Below are positions 49,131 to 61,477 of a stretch of DNA of 64,000 bases, one piece after another (the first letter of the stretch is position 1; each line of letters opens with the position of its first letter). A model generated the notes under the pieces. The model made no database searches. It saw only the letters and a list, made by a program, of their open reading frames with translations, and was not told the origin of the DNA. The translations under genes and the position numbers were made by a program. The DNA is from Lingula anatina (Eukaryota; Animalia; Brachiopoda), in assembly GCA_051362555.1 (NCBI GenBank), contig CM120641.1, forward strand, positions 8,184,001 to 8,248,000, given 5' to 3'.

Positions 49131-50859
49131 AAGACAGATCATATGTAAACATTATGAACTTCTTGATATAAGTGGGATATTTAATCTGAAGGTTATGTTT
49201 GCAACATTTAAAAAATCATGACTGTGCTAGGGGATCCTCAGACGCATTTTCATAAACGGCTTTAGACCGAGAATGGCATACGGGAAGAATCGACTCTGAA
49301 AATGAAAAGAAATTAAAGGTTGCCTAACATTTGATTTGCTTACCGTTTTGGACCTTTATTATTTTTTAAAATTGAAATCCACAGGATAAGCGATAAAAAT
49401 TTAAAAAGTATCGACGCAATATTGGAACCCCAGGGGCTAATGTAAGCGCATATGAATAGGTGGACATTTCTTCGGTATATAATAGCGGATGAATAAATGA
49501 CGAAAGTAATTCTTAATTACCGTTTATTTCTTTTATGTAAGCAACAAACCAAATTCCTGAAAGAAACTGAGCCCTTTGCAAATTTACGTGTGGTACTACC
49601 CGCGCGAAAAGTCAAACAATGGAACTTGAGAGAATAATGAAGACGGTAATCCCCGAATCGAAATAAAGAACTCACATGGCTTCAGCTCCCTTATTCGACA
49701 CTGAGCAAATTTAGTCAGTTGATTCAAAGTTCTGACACTGTTTAAGTAGGTTATATTTGCTAAAATGATGGCCATGACAACAGCCACAATGATAATTGAC
49801 TCCTGGGGGTATATGGCGGATCAGGAGATTAACGGGAATATTGGAGATAAGGTGCCTTTGTGTAGATTCCTCTGTGAACAAAACAGAAGTAATGCGTTAT
49901 TTATTTAATTATGAAAGATAAACAGTATCGTAATAGTTATGAAGCCATGTTTACGTCAAATTGTTCTTGAGAACATTCTACTCAGTAACTTATATTCATT
50001 TTCTCCACCGTCTGTAAAAAAATAAGTGACAGGATAACGAACGGTAATATTTTGTCTCTAATTCACATTCGCGAAAACATATTCGTATGAAAAGACCAGT
50101 CGCATTATCTAAATCCTCCTGGTGCAACGTTTGCCGTGTCAAAGCAGTAGCGGCAAGAGTAACGTGTACTTCCCCCAGGCCAGGTAGCATTAGCGGCAAA
50201 GAAGACAAGAGGTCAGGTAATTTAACGACCACCACTGCTGGCATAGCAGTCTCTTCACTTGCTTCAACGGCGACTGTATGGGAAGCCATGCATAAATCGC
50301 GACATTTAAGATCATTGCTTCCAGCTTGTAAATAATCACAACTAAATGCGATTAGAAAGTAACTATCAAAAAGCAACACGAAGAATTGGGAAAACAGCGA
50401 CAAGAAGACGGCTGACAGATGTCACTCGGAAATGTCACCATGTCGTTTATTTGACTTTATCGCCTGGAAGATCCATTGTCAGGACCCCAGGTGCACTGTG
50501 TCAACTGATCATTACAGTGGTCACCTGGTACTCCTAAATCGTAAAGAAAACACTGGGATAATAATATGGTCTGCAGCACACAGCCGCACTAATTAAAATC
50601 CTTTTAACTGATAGTGTATCGCACCCTCGATCATGCTATTTCAGCGAGGCTTGGTGGGCACTTTTTAATCTCACCTCCGGAATTTACGCCTTAAATCTGA
50701 CAAGTAAAGTAAGCTTTTGCAAATTTACGTTGTCCACAGGAGAAAAGACAAACTTCCTCTCCTAATGAACGCTTTCTTTTGCATTGAGAACTTAAAGCTT
50801 GTATTTGTTCACCCGGAGGGAGTGTGGAGGAATAGCTGTAATGTAAATCATGCCTAATT

Positions 50860-50925
50860 GGGAATCAACCAATCAACGAGCGACTTAAAGATAACATTAT
50901 GAACTTCTGGTAGCTGATTGGTTCA
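50860..50925 (+). promoter_or_regulatory. Paired CCAAT boxes in the putative Frizzled promoter
   Basis: ACCAATC at 50868-50874 and inverted GATTGG at 50916-50921, about 280-330 nt upstream of the ATG, within a CpG-retaining region. Confidence 0.45.
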
Positions 50926-51200
50926 ACAGTGTTAAGATACCCCATAGCCTATGGTTCAGATTTCCACTGTGCAAATATGAAAATGTAAAGAGGCATGGCA
51001 AGGTGATCTCGACACTGACTCTACATGTTTTGTCTGTTTCAAAGTGTCGTACAAAGGCAGCCATGATTCGGAGGGGAGAGAAGGTCGTTTGATTCAGTTT
51101 GAAGGATTTACTTATATATTCTCGGGTAAGGATAGTTTCAAATGACTTAAAAGGAGCACTGTATCGTGATCGATTTGAAGGAAAGATAATCGAACTGAAA

Positions 51201-52970
51201 ATGGAGAGGTTTGCGGTGAGTGGGATCGTGTTGATTTTGGTTTCTAGTTGGATCGTAATGACTGAAGCTCAATTTTCCGTCGATCAACCAGAACACGGAC
51301 GTTGTGAGCCAATAACTATCCCTCTCTGCAAAGATATCCAGTATAACCAGACTATAATGCCTAATTTACTAAACCACCAAAAACAAGAAGAAGCGGGCTT
51401 AGAAGTTCATCAGTTTTTCCCTTTGGTCAAAGTGGATTGCAGTCCAAGTTTAAAATTCTTCCTCTGCACAATGTACGTTCCCGTGTGTACGGTTTTAGAG
51501 TCAGCCATCCCGCCGTGCCGGTCGCTCTGTGTTCAAGCTAGACATGGCTGCGAAAGCCTCATGAATAGGTTCGGGTTCCAGTGGCCCGACGCCTTAGACT
51601 GTGACAAGTTTCCTTCGTCGGGTCTCTGTGTTGGAGAGAATTCTACGGAACCAGTGGACCCTGTAGTATCAACTACTCCAAGGAGTGGTGTTGTCACCAC
51701 AAGATCACCACCAAACCCTGACGGTGGTGGCAAAGACAATACTGATGACAAGGGCAGTAATACTGATAACCAGGATAACCATACAGAGACTTCCAATCAG
51801 TTTAAATTTGGTACCTGTCCTGAACCATTCCAAACAGGACCAGGGACAAATTATCGTCTAAGAATCGATGGCCATACTGAATATGATTGTGGTGCTCCAT
51901 GTAAATATATGTTTTTCACAGATGACTTTGAGAAAACCTTTTCGCGCATTTGGATTGGAACATGGTCCATTCTGTGCATTGTTTCCACATTATTTACTGT
52001 ACTCACCTTCTTGGTAGACATGCAGCGATTTCGTTACCCAGAACGCCCGATTATCTTCCTTTCTGGATGTTACCTCATTGTTGCAATAGCATACTTAACT
52101 GGATTTATTATACAAGATGAGGTAGTGTGTAATAGTTTTAGAAGGGATATTGAAATAGAATCACAAGATGAGAAAGGTACACCAATTAGAATCACGGACA
52201 CAACCAATACTGTGCCATTTGTCACTCAAGGTACCAAGAAAGAAGGGTGCACCATTTTATTCATGATGGTTTATTTTTTTGGCATGGCTAGCTCAATCTG
52301 GTGGGTGATTCTCACACTGACATGGCTCCTGGCAGCAGGAATGAAATGGGGACATGAGGCTATCGAAGGAAATTCTCAGTATTTTCATCTGGCTGCCTGG
52401 GCTGTCCCAGCAATCAAAACAATAGCAATTTTAGCAATGGGGAAAGTTGAAGGAGATGTTCTGAGTGGTGTTTGCTACACTGGAATCTTTGACACTGACG
52501 CCTTAAGAGGTTTTGTCCTGGCACCTCTAGTTGTGTACTTACTTATTGGAACTTCTTTTCTCCTAGCAGGATTCGTCTCTCTATTTCGTATTAGGACTAT
52601 TATGAAACATGATGGCACGAAAACAGACAAACTAGAAAAACTCATGGTGCGAATAGGAATTTTTTCAGTATTGTACACCGTGCCAGCTACAATAGTAATA
52701 GCATGTTATTTCTATGAACAGACTTTCCGTGATGACTGGATGAAGTGGTGGTATAGCACCAAGGCTTGCATAGCCTACATATTTCCCTGCCCAAGTGTCT
52801 ACAGTTCATCCAAGCCAGACTTCATTGTATTTATGATTAAATACCTTATGACCCTTATAGTGGGAATCACATCAGGATTCTGGATATGGTCGGGCAAAAC
52901 TATTGACTCTTGGAAGAGATTTTATTCAAGGATTTTTTCTCCTGGTGCAAAGAACGAAGCCATGGTGTGA
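51201..52970 (+). CDS. FZD7: Frizzled-1/2/7 family Wnt receptor, intronless, 589 aa
   Basis: Signal peptide [23 protein letters not shown]; cysteine-rich domain ([47 protein letters not shown]...); seven transmembrane segments with [51 protein letters not shown]; KTIDSW (KTxxxW Dishevelled motif). The track ORF starts at a TTG (51099); the first in-frame ATG is 51201. Best read as the single invertebrate fz1/2/7 orthologue, so the symbol is approximate. Confidence 0.97.
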   Translation: MERFAVSGIVLILVSSWIVMTEAQFSVDQPEHGRCEPITIPLCKDIQYNQTIMPNLLNHQKQEEAGLEVHQFFPLVKVDCSPSLKFFLCTMYVPVCTVLESAIPPCRSLCVQARHGCESLMNRFGFQWPDALDCDKFPSSGLCVGENSTEPVDPVVSTTPRSGVVTTRSPPNPDGGGKDNTDDKGSNTDNQDNHTETSNQFKFGTCPEPFQTGPGTNYRLRIDGHTEYDCGAPCKYMFFTDDFEKTFSRIWIGTWSILCIVSTLFTVLTFLVDMQRFRYPERPIIFLSGCYLIVAIAYLTGFIIQDEVVCNSFRRDIEIESQDEKGTPIRITDTTNTVPFVTQGTKKEGCTILFMMVYFFGMASSIWWVILTLTWLLAAGMKWGHEAIEGNSQYFHLAAWAVPAIKTIAILAMGKVEGDVLSGVCYTGIFDTDALRGFVLAPLVVYLLIGTSFLLAGFVSLFRIRTIMKHDGTKTDKLEKLMVRIGIFSVLYTVPATIVIACYFYEQTFRDDWMKWWYSTKACIAYIFPCPSVYSSSKPDFIVFMIKYLMTLIVGITSGFWIWSGKTIDSWKRFYSRIFSPGAKNEAMV

Positions 52971-55900
52971 TGCTTGGCAACATGACGTGATGTTATAAGA
53001 AGGCGCTTTGAACAACTTCACATGTTTACTGTCTTTTTATCATTATAGTTATTGTTACTGATAACATGTTTTATATACAGAATGTATTCCACCAGTTTTG
53101 AACAGCTTGCATGACTTCTCTAAATAACAAGATGCACTTTGTTTTTACAGAGAGAATATGGGTGTCTCTACAGAGATAAATAGAATGTCTGTTCAATTTC
53201 ATTTAAGTCAACACTGCATTGAAAGTTACACAGCGGTATACCTGTAGTTCATCCTCTAGATACTGTCTGTCTAGGCAGGTGAACTGTTGCAATGCTCTGC
53301 AGCTGGGAAGGGATGTTACACATTGATCTAAGCAGAATATGTAAAGCTGGTATACAAACACACTGAAACCCAGCGTTTTAATTTGTTTGGAAGATGGCAT
53401 CAAGGTATGGTGAAGATTAATTATTGACCAGTGGTCAAGATATAGTTCATTAAGTTTAAGTAATCCATGAACAGCTGGTCACCTGGGAACCTGTATGTTA
53501 ATGCTATGAGCACTGGATTGACCACACGGTGGACACAGGATGACAAGATGTGGAACCACATATAATTAAGGTTATACTTTGTATGAGATATATTGTGGTC
53601 ATATCAGATTGAAATTTGGTGGGTGTATCTCTAATTATAGGTGCTTGGTATGGCATGTTTCATGTTCAAATTAGACTTTCACCTGACATGCTGTTATGGG
53701 ACCCAGATCAGCAGCTGTTTACAAGAGTTGTAACAAACAGATACATTCTTTATAATTTATAGTTTATTACATACAAATGTTACTAATACATTAATTCAAT
53801 GTGCCTGCCTTCATATAGATCATGCCCACCCATGATGGAGAGTGAATTACTAAATTCGGGACTAACCTTATAATACATTTTGTTTGAGCAAAATTCTGCC
53901 AAAACTGATTACTTGGGGAGAAAATGTTTGAAATATTTATCATTTTCTTTAGCCATAGTGAATTATCTTAAATCATTTTTCCAAAAAATGTATGTGTTAG
54001 TGTGGGCCTAGATGCCAAGTAGATCACTCCCTACTTGGAAGCAGCAAAGGTTTGGAGTTGCTTTAAACAAATTAAACATAATGCTGCTTTCACTGTGGAA
54101 CCCCTGTTGATATCAAAACTTCCAAAGTGTCACTTAGATTGAACAGATAGGACTGAGCCTGAGAAATCCCAGCTTAAATCCAAGGTGTGCAAGTTGGATT
54201 TGGAAGTAAACAGGATAGGCATCAGAATTCAATACCTGAGTGAATGGAAATGCCATGGGATTGAGGGAGTGTAGCAAAAATTGAATTTTACCTAATTTTT
54301 TCTAGGGGTTGAAAAAATTTACTCACAGTAAAATTTTTAAAGGTCGGATATTATATCAGAATATAATACTTAAGTGAAAATACCAGGGAAGACTAAGTAA
54401 GTTATAAAGAGATAATATAACATGCATATTTATTTGATATAATATTTCAAATCTCTCTCTCTCTTAGTTTTAAGTGTTCACATTTTTAATTAGTTTTCAG
54501 TGGCGCTTTGCCAGGCTTGGTGCTGTAAACGATAGTTGTACTTAAATTATATCTAAACACTGCGAGAGGGTCCCCTGGTAAGGAGCTGTAATCCTAGATC
54601 CAATCTGCTTGTTAAGTAGACCCTGTGCTTCTGCTGCTGGAGGCTTTTTCCTGATGAGAACTGATGGCATACTTAAAGGATTACTAGTTTCCATGGAGAT
54701 ATGTAAGCTGGGAATAGTAAATTTTTTAAGGAGGTCAGGAGTCTTGAAAGGGTTTAGAAGGATAAGATCACCCTTGCCTTTTTAAAACTGGACCTTTTAT
54801 TTAGACTACTGAAATGGTATTTTTAAACAATGTGTCTGTCTCTGTGGTAGTCTTAGTTTCATTTTACAAGTTTCAGCCTCAAAATTTCTATTTTTGTCCT
54901 GAAAGGAATAGTATTTTGCTTTTGCTGGAAGACCACTTGATTTTTGCCGTAATTTCAGCTCTAAGCATTTTGTCCTTGATTCCTGCCATGTCACATTTGA
55001 GTCATAGCCATGGGTCCTCCAGTTTTAAGACGGATTATGGCTGTCCCAACACCTGCAGTGTTTATCAGAGTCCTTTATCACTGCAGGAAATAGGCTACTG
55101 GGGCAGGTTTTTGAATTCTTAATAATTTTTATCAGTATTTTTTTTTCGGTTCATTCTACAGCACTCCAGTCCCCATGTGACCTGTGCTTATGTAGTCTCA
55201 TGTCTTGCATGGGGCTCCAATCCCATTTCTCATTATGGAATTGGCCTTTGAATAGGGCAACTGAAGTAACCCCCAGCATATTAACTCAACCGTATCAAAT
55301 GGTATGAAAAACTAGCAAAAGGTAGGGAAGCTGGGCTAGTTAAAGTCAATAAATCAAGTTTGTGGTTGATGGGTTCAGCTTTATATGATAGTCTTCTAAA
55401 GTCGTCTCAGTATAATCCTCCCTGTCAGCAGAATGTGTGCAGTAGTGTTACTATTTCCACAGAGAGTGCTGAATAAGGCACCAGAAAAAGGTCAACATGA
55501 GTGGAATAGGTTCATTTTTTTTGCCCTCGCTCTGAATCAGCATATTATGTGAGTTACTAAATTCTGCATCTGGCTTAAGAAAAAAAATCTCACAATTAAG
55601 AGTAATTTCTAGAGAAATTGGAATTGCCCTTGACAGGGAGCTGTTGGTATTGGATGAAGTTAAGTTGCCATGGCCCCATTAATGGCACAGGCAATTTATC
55701 ATTTTCTTAATCAAAATTTCAGTGAAGCACTGTCAAGGGTGTCTGTATAGTTGGAATGTGTACATTTTGGCATAGGTTGACCTTCATGCTTGATATTGAG
55801 ACCCAGACTTTAAAGATTATATTATTATAGTAGTGGAAGTGTATCGACAAACACTCAGTGTTTTTCCTTTTACTTGTTTTTACAGAACTACTATTGTAGT

Positions 55901-56237
55901 TTTTTTTTAGTAAGCTTTGTTTTATTAATTCACTGTGGGCAGATATGAAGAAATAAGCTTTCTCATAGTTACTTTGTTGTGTACCAGTGTACAGTGATGT
56001 TATCCTGTGAAATCATGATTTGTAAATATTACAGGGAAAACCTGTTAGATGCTTATTAATGAGTATATACTTATATGGTTTGTTCTATACAGTAAAGAAA
56101 CTACACATTTTGTAAATTTGATAAGAGATAGATAATTGTATATTATGCCTATAGTAACTTTAAGAGAAGATGTTCACATTACAATATAATTTTATCCATT
56201 TTGTAACCAACTGTACAAGTAAAATATGCCCAACGTT

Positions 56238-56243
56238 AATAAA
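56238..56243 (+). terminator. Candidate polyadenylation signal of Frizzled (3' UTR about 3.3 kb)
   Basis: AATAAA preceded by a U-rich, TGTA-rich stretch including TGTAAATA at 56021-56028; an alternative AATAAA lies at 55348-55353. Confidence 0.35.
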
Positions 56244-59200
56244 TGTCAAATGTACTAATGTATTCTCAAAATCTGTGTATGTCATTTTCTGTATGTTTGA
56301 GTCACCATCAGGCAGGTATTTTATATAAAACGCCAGACCATAATGATATTGATCCAAAGGTTTGTGGCTATTGTATTGGAGTTTGAAATTAATGCAAGAA
56401 ATCAATTTGAACTCAGGTGCACAACCTAGGTATTAAAGGTGTGTACTGACAATGAGACTCTCTGCATCCTTGAGTTACCTTTTATTTGCACAAGCTTAAG
56501 AAAAATAACGACAAGCAGTACTTGCTTTGGTTTCGGATCGACTCAGTCAATTGAATCGAAGCAGCGTGGATAATCAGCCATTATTAGCATGTAGTTGTGT
56601 TATTTCTCAGGTGAAGCTTGGTTCACACATGGACAACAGTCTAACCTAGGTGGTCGAGCTAAGCGTTTTCTGACCCTACCCCATGGGAAGGAGGAGGGAT
56701 TTATCTGCATCACTGAGTTCACACAGCTCAATTTATAAAAGAAAATGAGGGTGAAATTTGTAAAGATGTCTAACTCTTAAAAAAAGTTGCCATAGGACAG
56801 GTGCTCAAGCATTACCAAACCTCTAGAAGTGACTGCAACTTGAAAGCCAGTTGCATGTTATTTACAGTATGTGTCAAATAAAAGACAATAATTCTTGATC
56901 ATAACAAAGAAGTTGACAAAGCAGGGTAAAAAGGATATGAATGTCATGGAAGCTGGTATGCTGTTTTGAAGTTGGGGGAGTGATCGCTGCAGAGCGATGC
57001 TATCAGTGTCAAAGTTGAACATCATTGCCTAGAAGAACCCAGTTGATAACAACATTATTGCGTGTCGCATGCATCATGCTTACCTACCATTACATTGGCA
57101 AGTCACCTCGGGGTTGTACCCACCATTATTGGCCCTGTGTGCTTTTTAATGGGAAATATAATATGGGGAAACCGCAATGGAAAATGGGATCACACAAATT
57201 TGAGCTATAACCAAGAGCAAGAATTTTGCATGAGCGGGTTCCTGTCTATGAATTCACCGGGGGAAAAGTTTTAATATTACAGACGTCGGGGTCATTCTTT
57301 CATTCCTTTCTTTCCAACTTTCCTCCCTAGTGCCCTGGGCCAGTCCTCTCTCTCTTTCTATTTATAATATAATCTGTATTTTTGAATTAAAGCAGATTGA
57401 CTTCTGGATTATGTTGATCAACAAAAGAGGGTGGCTTCAAATTTCAAGGTGTATACAGTATGAATCATCTCCCACAGACTGGATGCACAAAGTTGTTTTG
57501 TCAGGTGGGAACCATATCTTTACTGAAAGAGATCAACTGTCTTCTGTTCTCAGTGAAGAAGACTGTCAAGCAAAAAAAAAAAAAAGGAATTTTGATGCAG
57601 ACAAGACATCCAGAGAGACACCTGTGAATATCTAAACCTTAGGTACTTGTTTGGATATAAAAACAAAATTAGTGCATATAACCCAATTTTTGATTTTGAA
57701 ATCTGTGAAACAACCTGCTGGAGAGATGAGTGAAAGGTAGACGAGCTGTTCTAAAAAAAAAAAAAAAAAAAACATTTCAGCTACAGTGGCCCCCAGATTG
57801 CACTCTTGCCTTCTTGGCCCAAAAATACTCTTGGTGAATGATTGGCATGGCAAAATTTATAATTGGCACAAAAGAAGCCTTAGGAATAAGTGTTATCCCA
57901 AGCATAGTTTTATCATTTCTGAATTTTGAGCATTCATCTCAATATTTAGAGCCTTTTATACTTTTCATCAAGTTAACTGGAAACTATTACCTGGCATAAA
58001 CAAAGTTGTAATGGAGCCCCCCTATGTTTATGTCCACAGCATGTTGTCATTGAAAGGCTTGAAGGTTGCCATGGTTATAAAAAGTGATCTCCATAGCAAC
58101 TGTGTAATCAGGGGTAATTGGGTGGCTCACTTTTAGCTGTACAGAGTCCAAATGTTTCCTGATAGCCAACTTGTGCTTGACCTAGGTGGTTGGGATTGTT
58201 AGAAGGGGAGTCTTTTGTTCAGGGGGGCAATACAACAGGATCCTATCTTTAATCTGGACTTGGATATTTGCAGTTGAAATAAAAACAATTTATATGATAA
58301 TCTACAGCATGCAGTCTGCATTCAGGAGCATATGGCATTTTAATGGCAGTAATTTGTTATTCTAAGTCGTGTAAACCATGCCACCCTCATAAAATGCTTT
58401 CATTGAAAATGCTGCAGATATCATGGGCAAAAGTCTGGATAACATATCTTTGCTGCCAGGTTTTAAGATTGACTTGCCATGATAGGTTTTCCAGAGTTTC
58501 TGTTTTTGTGTGGTCTTGTTTCCTGGCTAGGAATGATAGGATTATTTTCTTCAGTGAGCCAGTTGAGTTTTTTTTTTCTAGATTTCAAAGCCAGTAAAGA
58601 TATTGGAAAGATTCCCATCCACCTTTTAATTCTCATTTGTCAGTTTGTTATAATATGGCTGCCTGACATCTTGATTTTTTCACTCTGACAGTTCGGGAAT
58701 GCATTCAAATGGGTGTCATGCCTCAAGCTGCATGTGGGCGATGATAGGGAGAAAAAAAATTGAACAGCTGTATAATTTTCATTTTAATGTGCATCAAAAT
58801 CAATTCAGTTGAAAATTTTAAAAGTTGTCATGAGTTGTTTGATAGATTAATGTCATCTTCCAAGCTAACAACTGGTATGTTTTTTTTCTCATGCTAGTAA
58901 TTAAAAAAAAGATGATATGAAATTTAAGTTTGTAATTGTGGAGGCACTTTTTGATGATAAATGACTGAAAATCATAATGGCTGAAAACATTGATACTTGT
59001 GTTCTTTTATCAAATCACATAAACACCTGTACTCCAGAAAGTAATCAGTTTTGTTGACAACTTGGCAAAATTTAATGATGTAATGACCCCAGTTATTTTT
59101 CACCGTAATTTTCTCAGACATCCATAGAAAAAATTTCTGGGAGAAAGCTCTGCCCTTTCTATGTCAATCATTGAAAGAAGTTGTAATTAATCCTCCCCAA

Positions 59201-60360
59201 CTGTGTCTGTCTGTCTCACAGCAGACAATCGTCTGCTTTTTTCTCCATTCCATTTCACTCACTAGATTATGCTGACAATACTGGTGGTATTGGCTGAGAA
59301 TCCCAATTAAATGCAAATGTGACATGTCGGTCGTGACCTCCCTCTCAGCTATACCCATCTTTTCCTGTCATGAACAAAGACTTGGAGACAACACCAGCTG
59401 CAGCTGTTGAAAACTAGACAACTGCCGCTAAGAAGTTCAGCTCTGGGTTGACAGGATATTTTATTCCAAAGGATGCATGCATTATACATCAATTAAATTG
59501 TAGTGGTTCAAAAGAAAGGGAGATGGTATGTAAGGGTTTAGTTCTCCAGCAGGCATCGTATTTGAAGAATCATGTGTCATATGAAATTTGAGTTTATGAT
59601 ATTTTGGTAAAGAAAAGGAAATGGTTGAAAATAATTGAGTCTGTTATACCCACTGTGCTTTATCTGAAAAATGAGTCACAATGCAATATTTCTACTGTCT
59701 GGCATAATAGGTTTTAAAAATTGCATGGCCCCAAACATCTCACTCTTTATTTTTCATCATTCTAATAAAAGCGAATGATCCATTTTATTAGCACCTGCTG
59801 CTTTAATGTAGACCCATGATATATAGAACTAACATTCAATCTCACATCATGCAAGATCCTGAATAATGAAAGATATTGCTTCATCTGCCCTTTCTGTCCC
59901 TTACAGCATCACCACATACACTTGCCCAAAACATCAATACTTTCAATCAGACTTGATGTTTACTAACCTAATCATGCATGCATAAAATACTCGAGTGAAA
60001 TACATTAATTGAAATTGTGACTTTATTGTGAGATGTTACTCTATCTCATTTCATGCAGGAGAGATCAGTGGAAGTAATCAAATGAAAACTTGTATTGAGT
60101 GGATGCAGTGATTACTTTGAATTCAGAGGGATAATATTTGATGAGCTGATGCAAACATTACAGATGTCTGCCTTTGTGGACAGACCAGCCTTCATTTGTG
60201 TGGGACTTACTTAAACACCATTTTTTCAGACAGAAAGTCAAATCCTTGCATATTTTGGTTCAAGAGATTGGTGAGGGGTTACTTATTTGCCAAAAGAAAA
60301 AATTAATCTTGAAGATCCTCGCGTAAAATAACACATAATGTGTGGTTACAGTATTGAGTT

Positions 60361-60361
<1 letters not shown>

Positions 60362-60398
<37 letters not shown>
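60362..60398. repeat. (CA)n microsatellite
   Basis: Seen directly. Confidence 0.95.
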
Positions 60399-60400
<2 letters not shown>

Positions 60401-61442
60401 AACTTAAATAAACTCCTTAAATATTCAGGTAAAACATAAAGGCACATACTAGTATATCAGAGATTTCTATTTGTAGGACAAAGAGTCGCTGTACATGTTG
60501 TAGGGCTTCTACAAAGGCTAATGACTTGTCAGGCTATTTAAGATCTATGAGAAGAGGTCAGGGAAGGCCAATGGTCAGTGATAAATGTGAAGGGGGAGGG
60601 GCAATGTAATAAGGGTACACTGCTCAAGACCTTTAGTACCAAACCGAACATTTTTAGTGTTGGTAATACATGTGTGTAGTCTGGAATGAGATGGCATATA
60701 ACCATGCTCAGCTGTCAACTTGATCAGTTAATGAGCCTAAAAACAATCAAATGTGATTTATGAATACCACACTAGCACAAAAAGTGCAAATAGTAATTTC
60801 TCCATAATGCAAAAAAAAAAAGATCAAAATTGATTAAGTACTTTTAGACAAATTCATTAAGTTGCTATTTATTATGACTTTTTATAGGAACTTTACATGG
60901 CAGTTTCTTCATTTCTTGAATTTTATTTACTTATTTATTTATTCATTAATTTATTATTATTTTTTTATTATTATTATTATTTTTGCAGTATATGATTTAT
61001 ATGATAATGGCCCATTGTGGAATACACATTTCTTTTAATTGTTGCTACTATATCCATTTTACATCCTAAACTGTAACATTTAACATACACTTTACACAAT
61101 CTATAGTATTTATTCTCATTGAAAAAATATTGCACCTTTATTCAAGGAGTCATTATATTACAGGTAACCAGTGGTGTCTGAGCATCCCCCCTTCTCCTGC
61201 CAAAAATGCCCAGAAATTACCATCTGCAACTGAATAGGAAACAATGTGATAGCCTGGACTGATTAAACTGATATTAATGATGGTGTTATTGATCATGCAG
61301 AAGGTAATAAAAGAGAGAAACAAGAAGCCAAGTATATGTATTGAATATAAATATGCTCAGGTTAGACCTGTTCCCACCAGTTTTGACAGATTCATTTTTT
61401 AGACCTGAATGGTGGTAGCAGATGCATAGACCCCCTCCCCCT

Positions 61443-61446
<4 letters not shown>

Positions 61447-61476
<30 letters not shown>
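61447..61476. repeat. (CA)n microsatellite
   Basis: Seen directly. Confidence 0.95.

Positions 61477-61477
<1 letters not shown>

Noticed and set aside
49996-50537. Overlapping ORFs (135 aa minus; 82 aa and 63 aa plus) upstream of Frizzled
   Set aside because: No recognisable domain or exon structure; consistent with chance ORFs in a relatively GC-rich promoter-proximal region.
51099-51200. N-terminal 34-aa extension of the Frizzled ORF in the track (623 aa)
   Set aside because: It begins at TTG. The signal peptide starts at ATG 51201, so the extension is probably 5' UTR.
51533-52678. Minus-strand ORFs of 87 aa and 67 aa inside Frizzled
   Set aside because: Antisense shadows of the real coding sequence.
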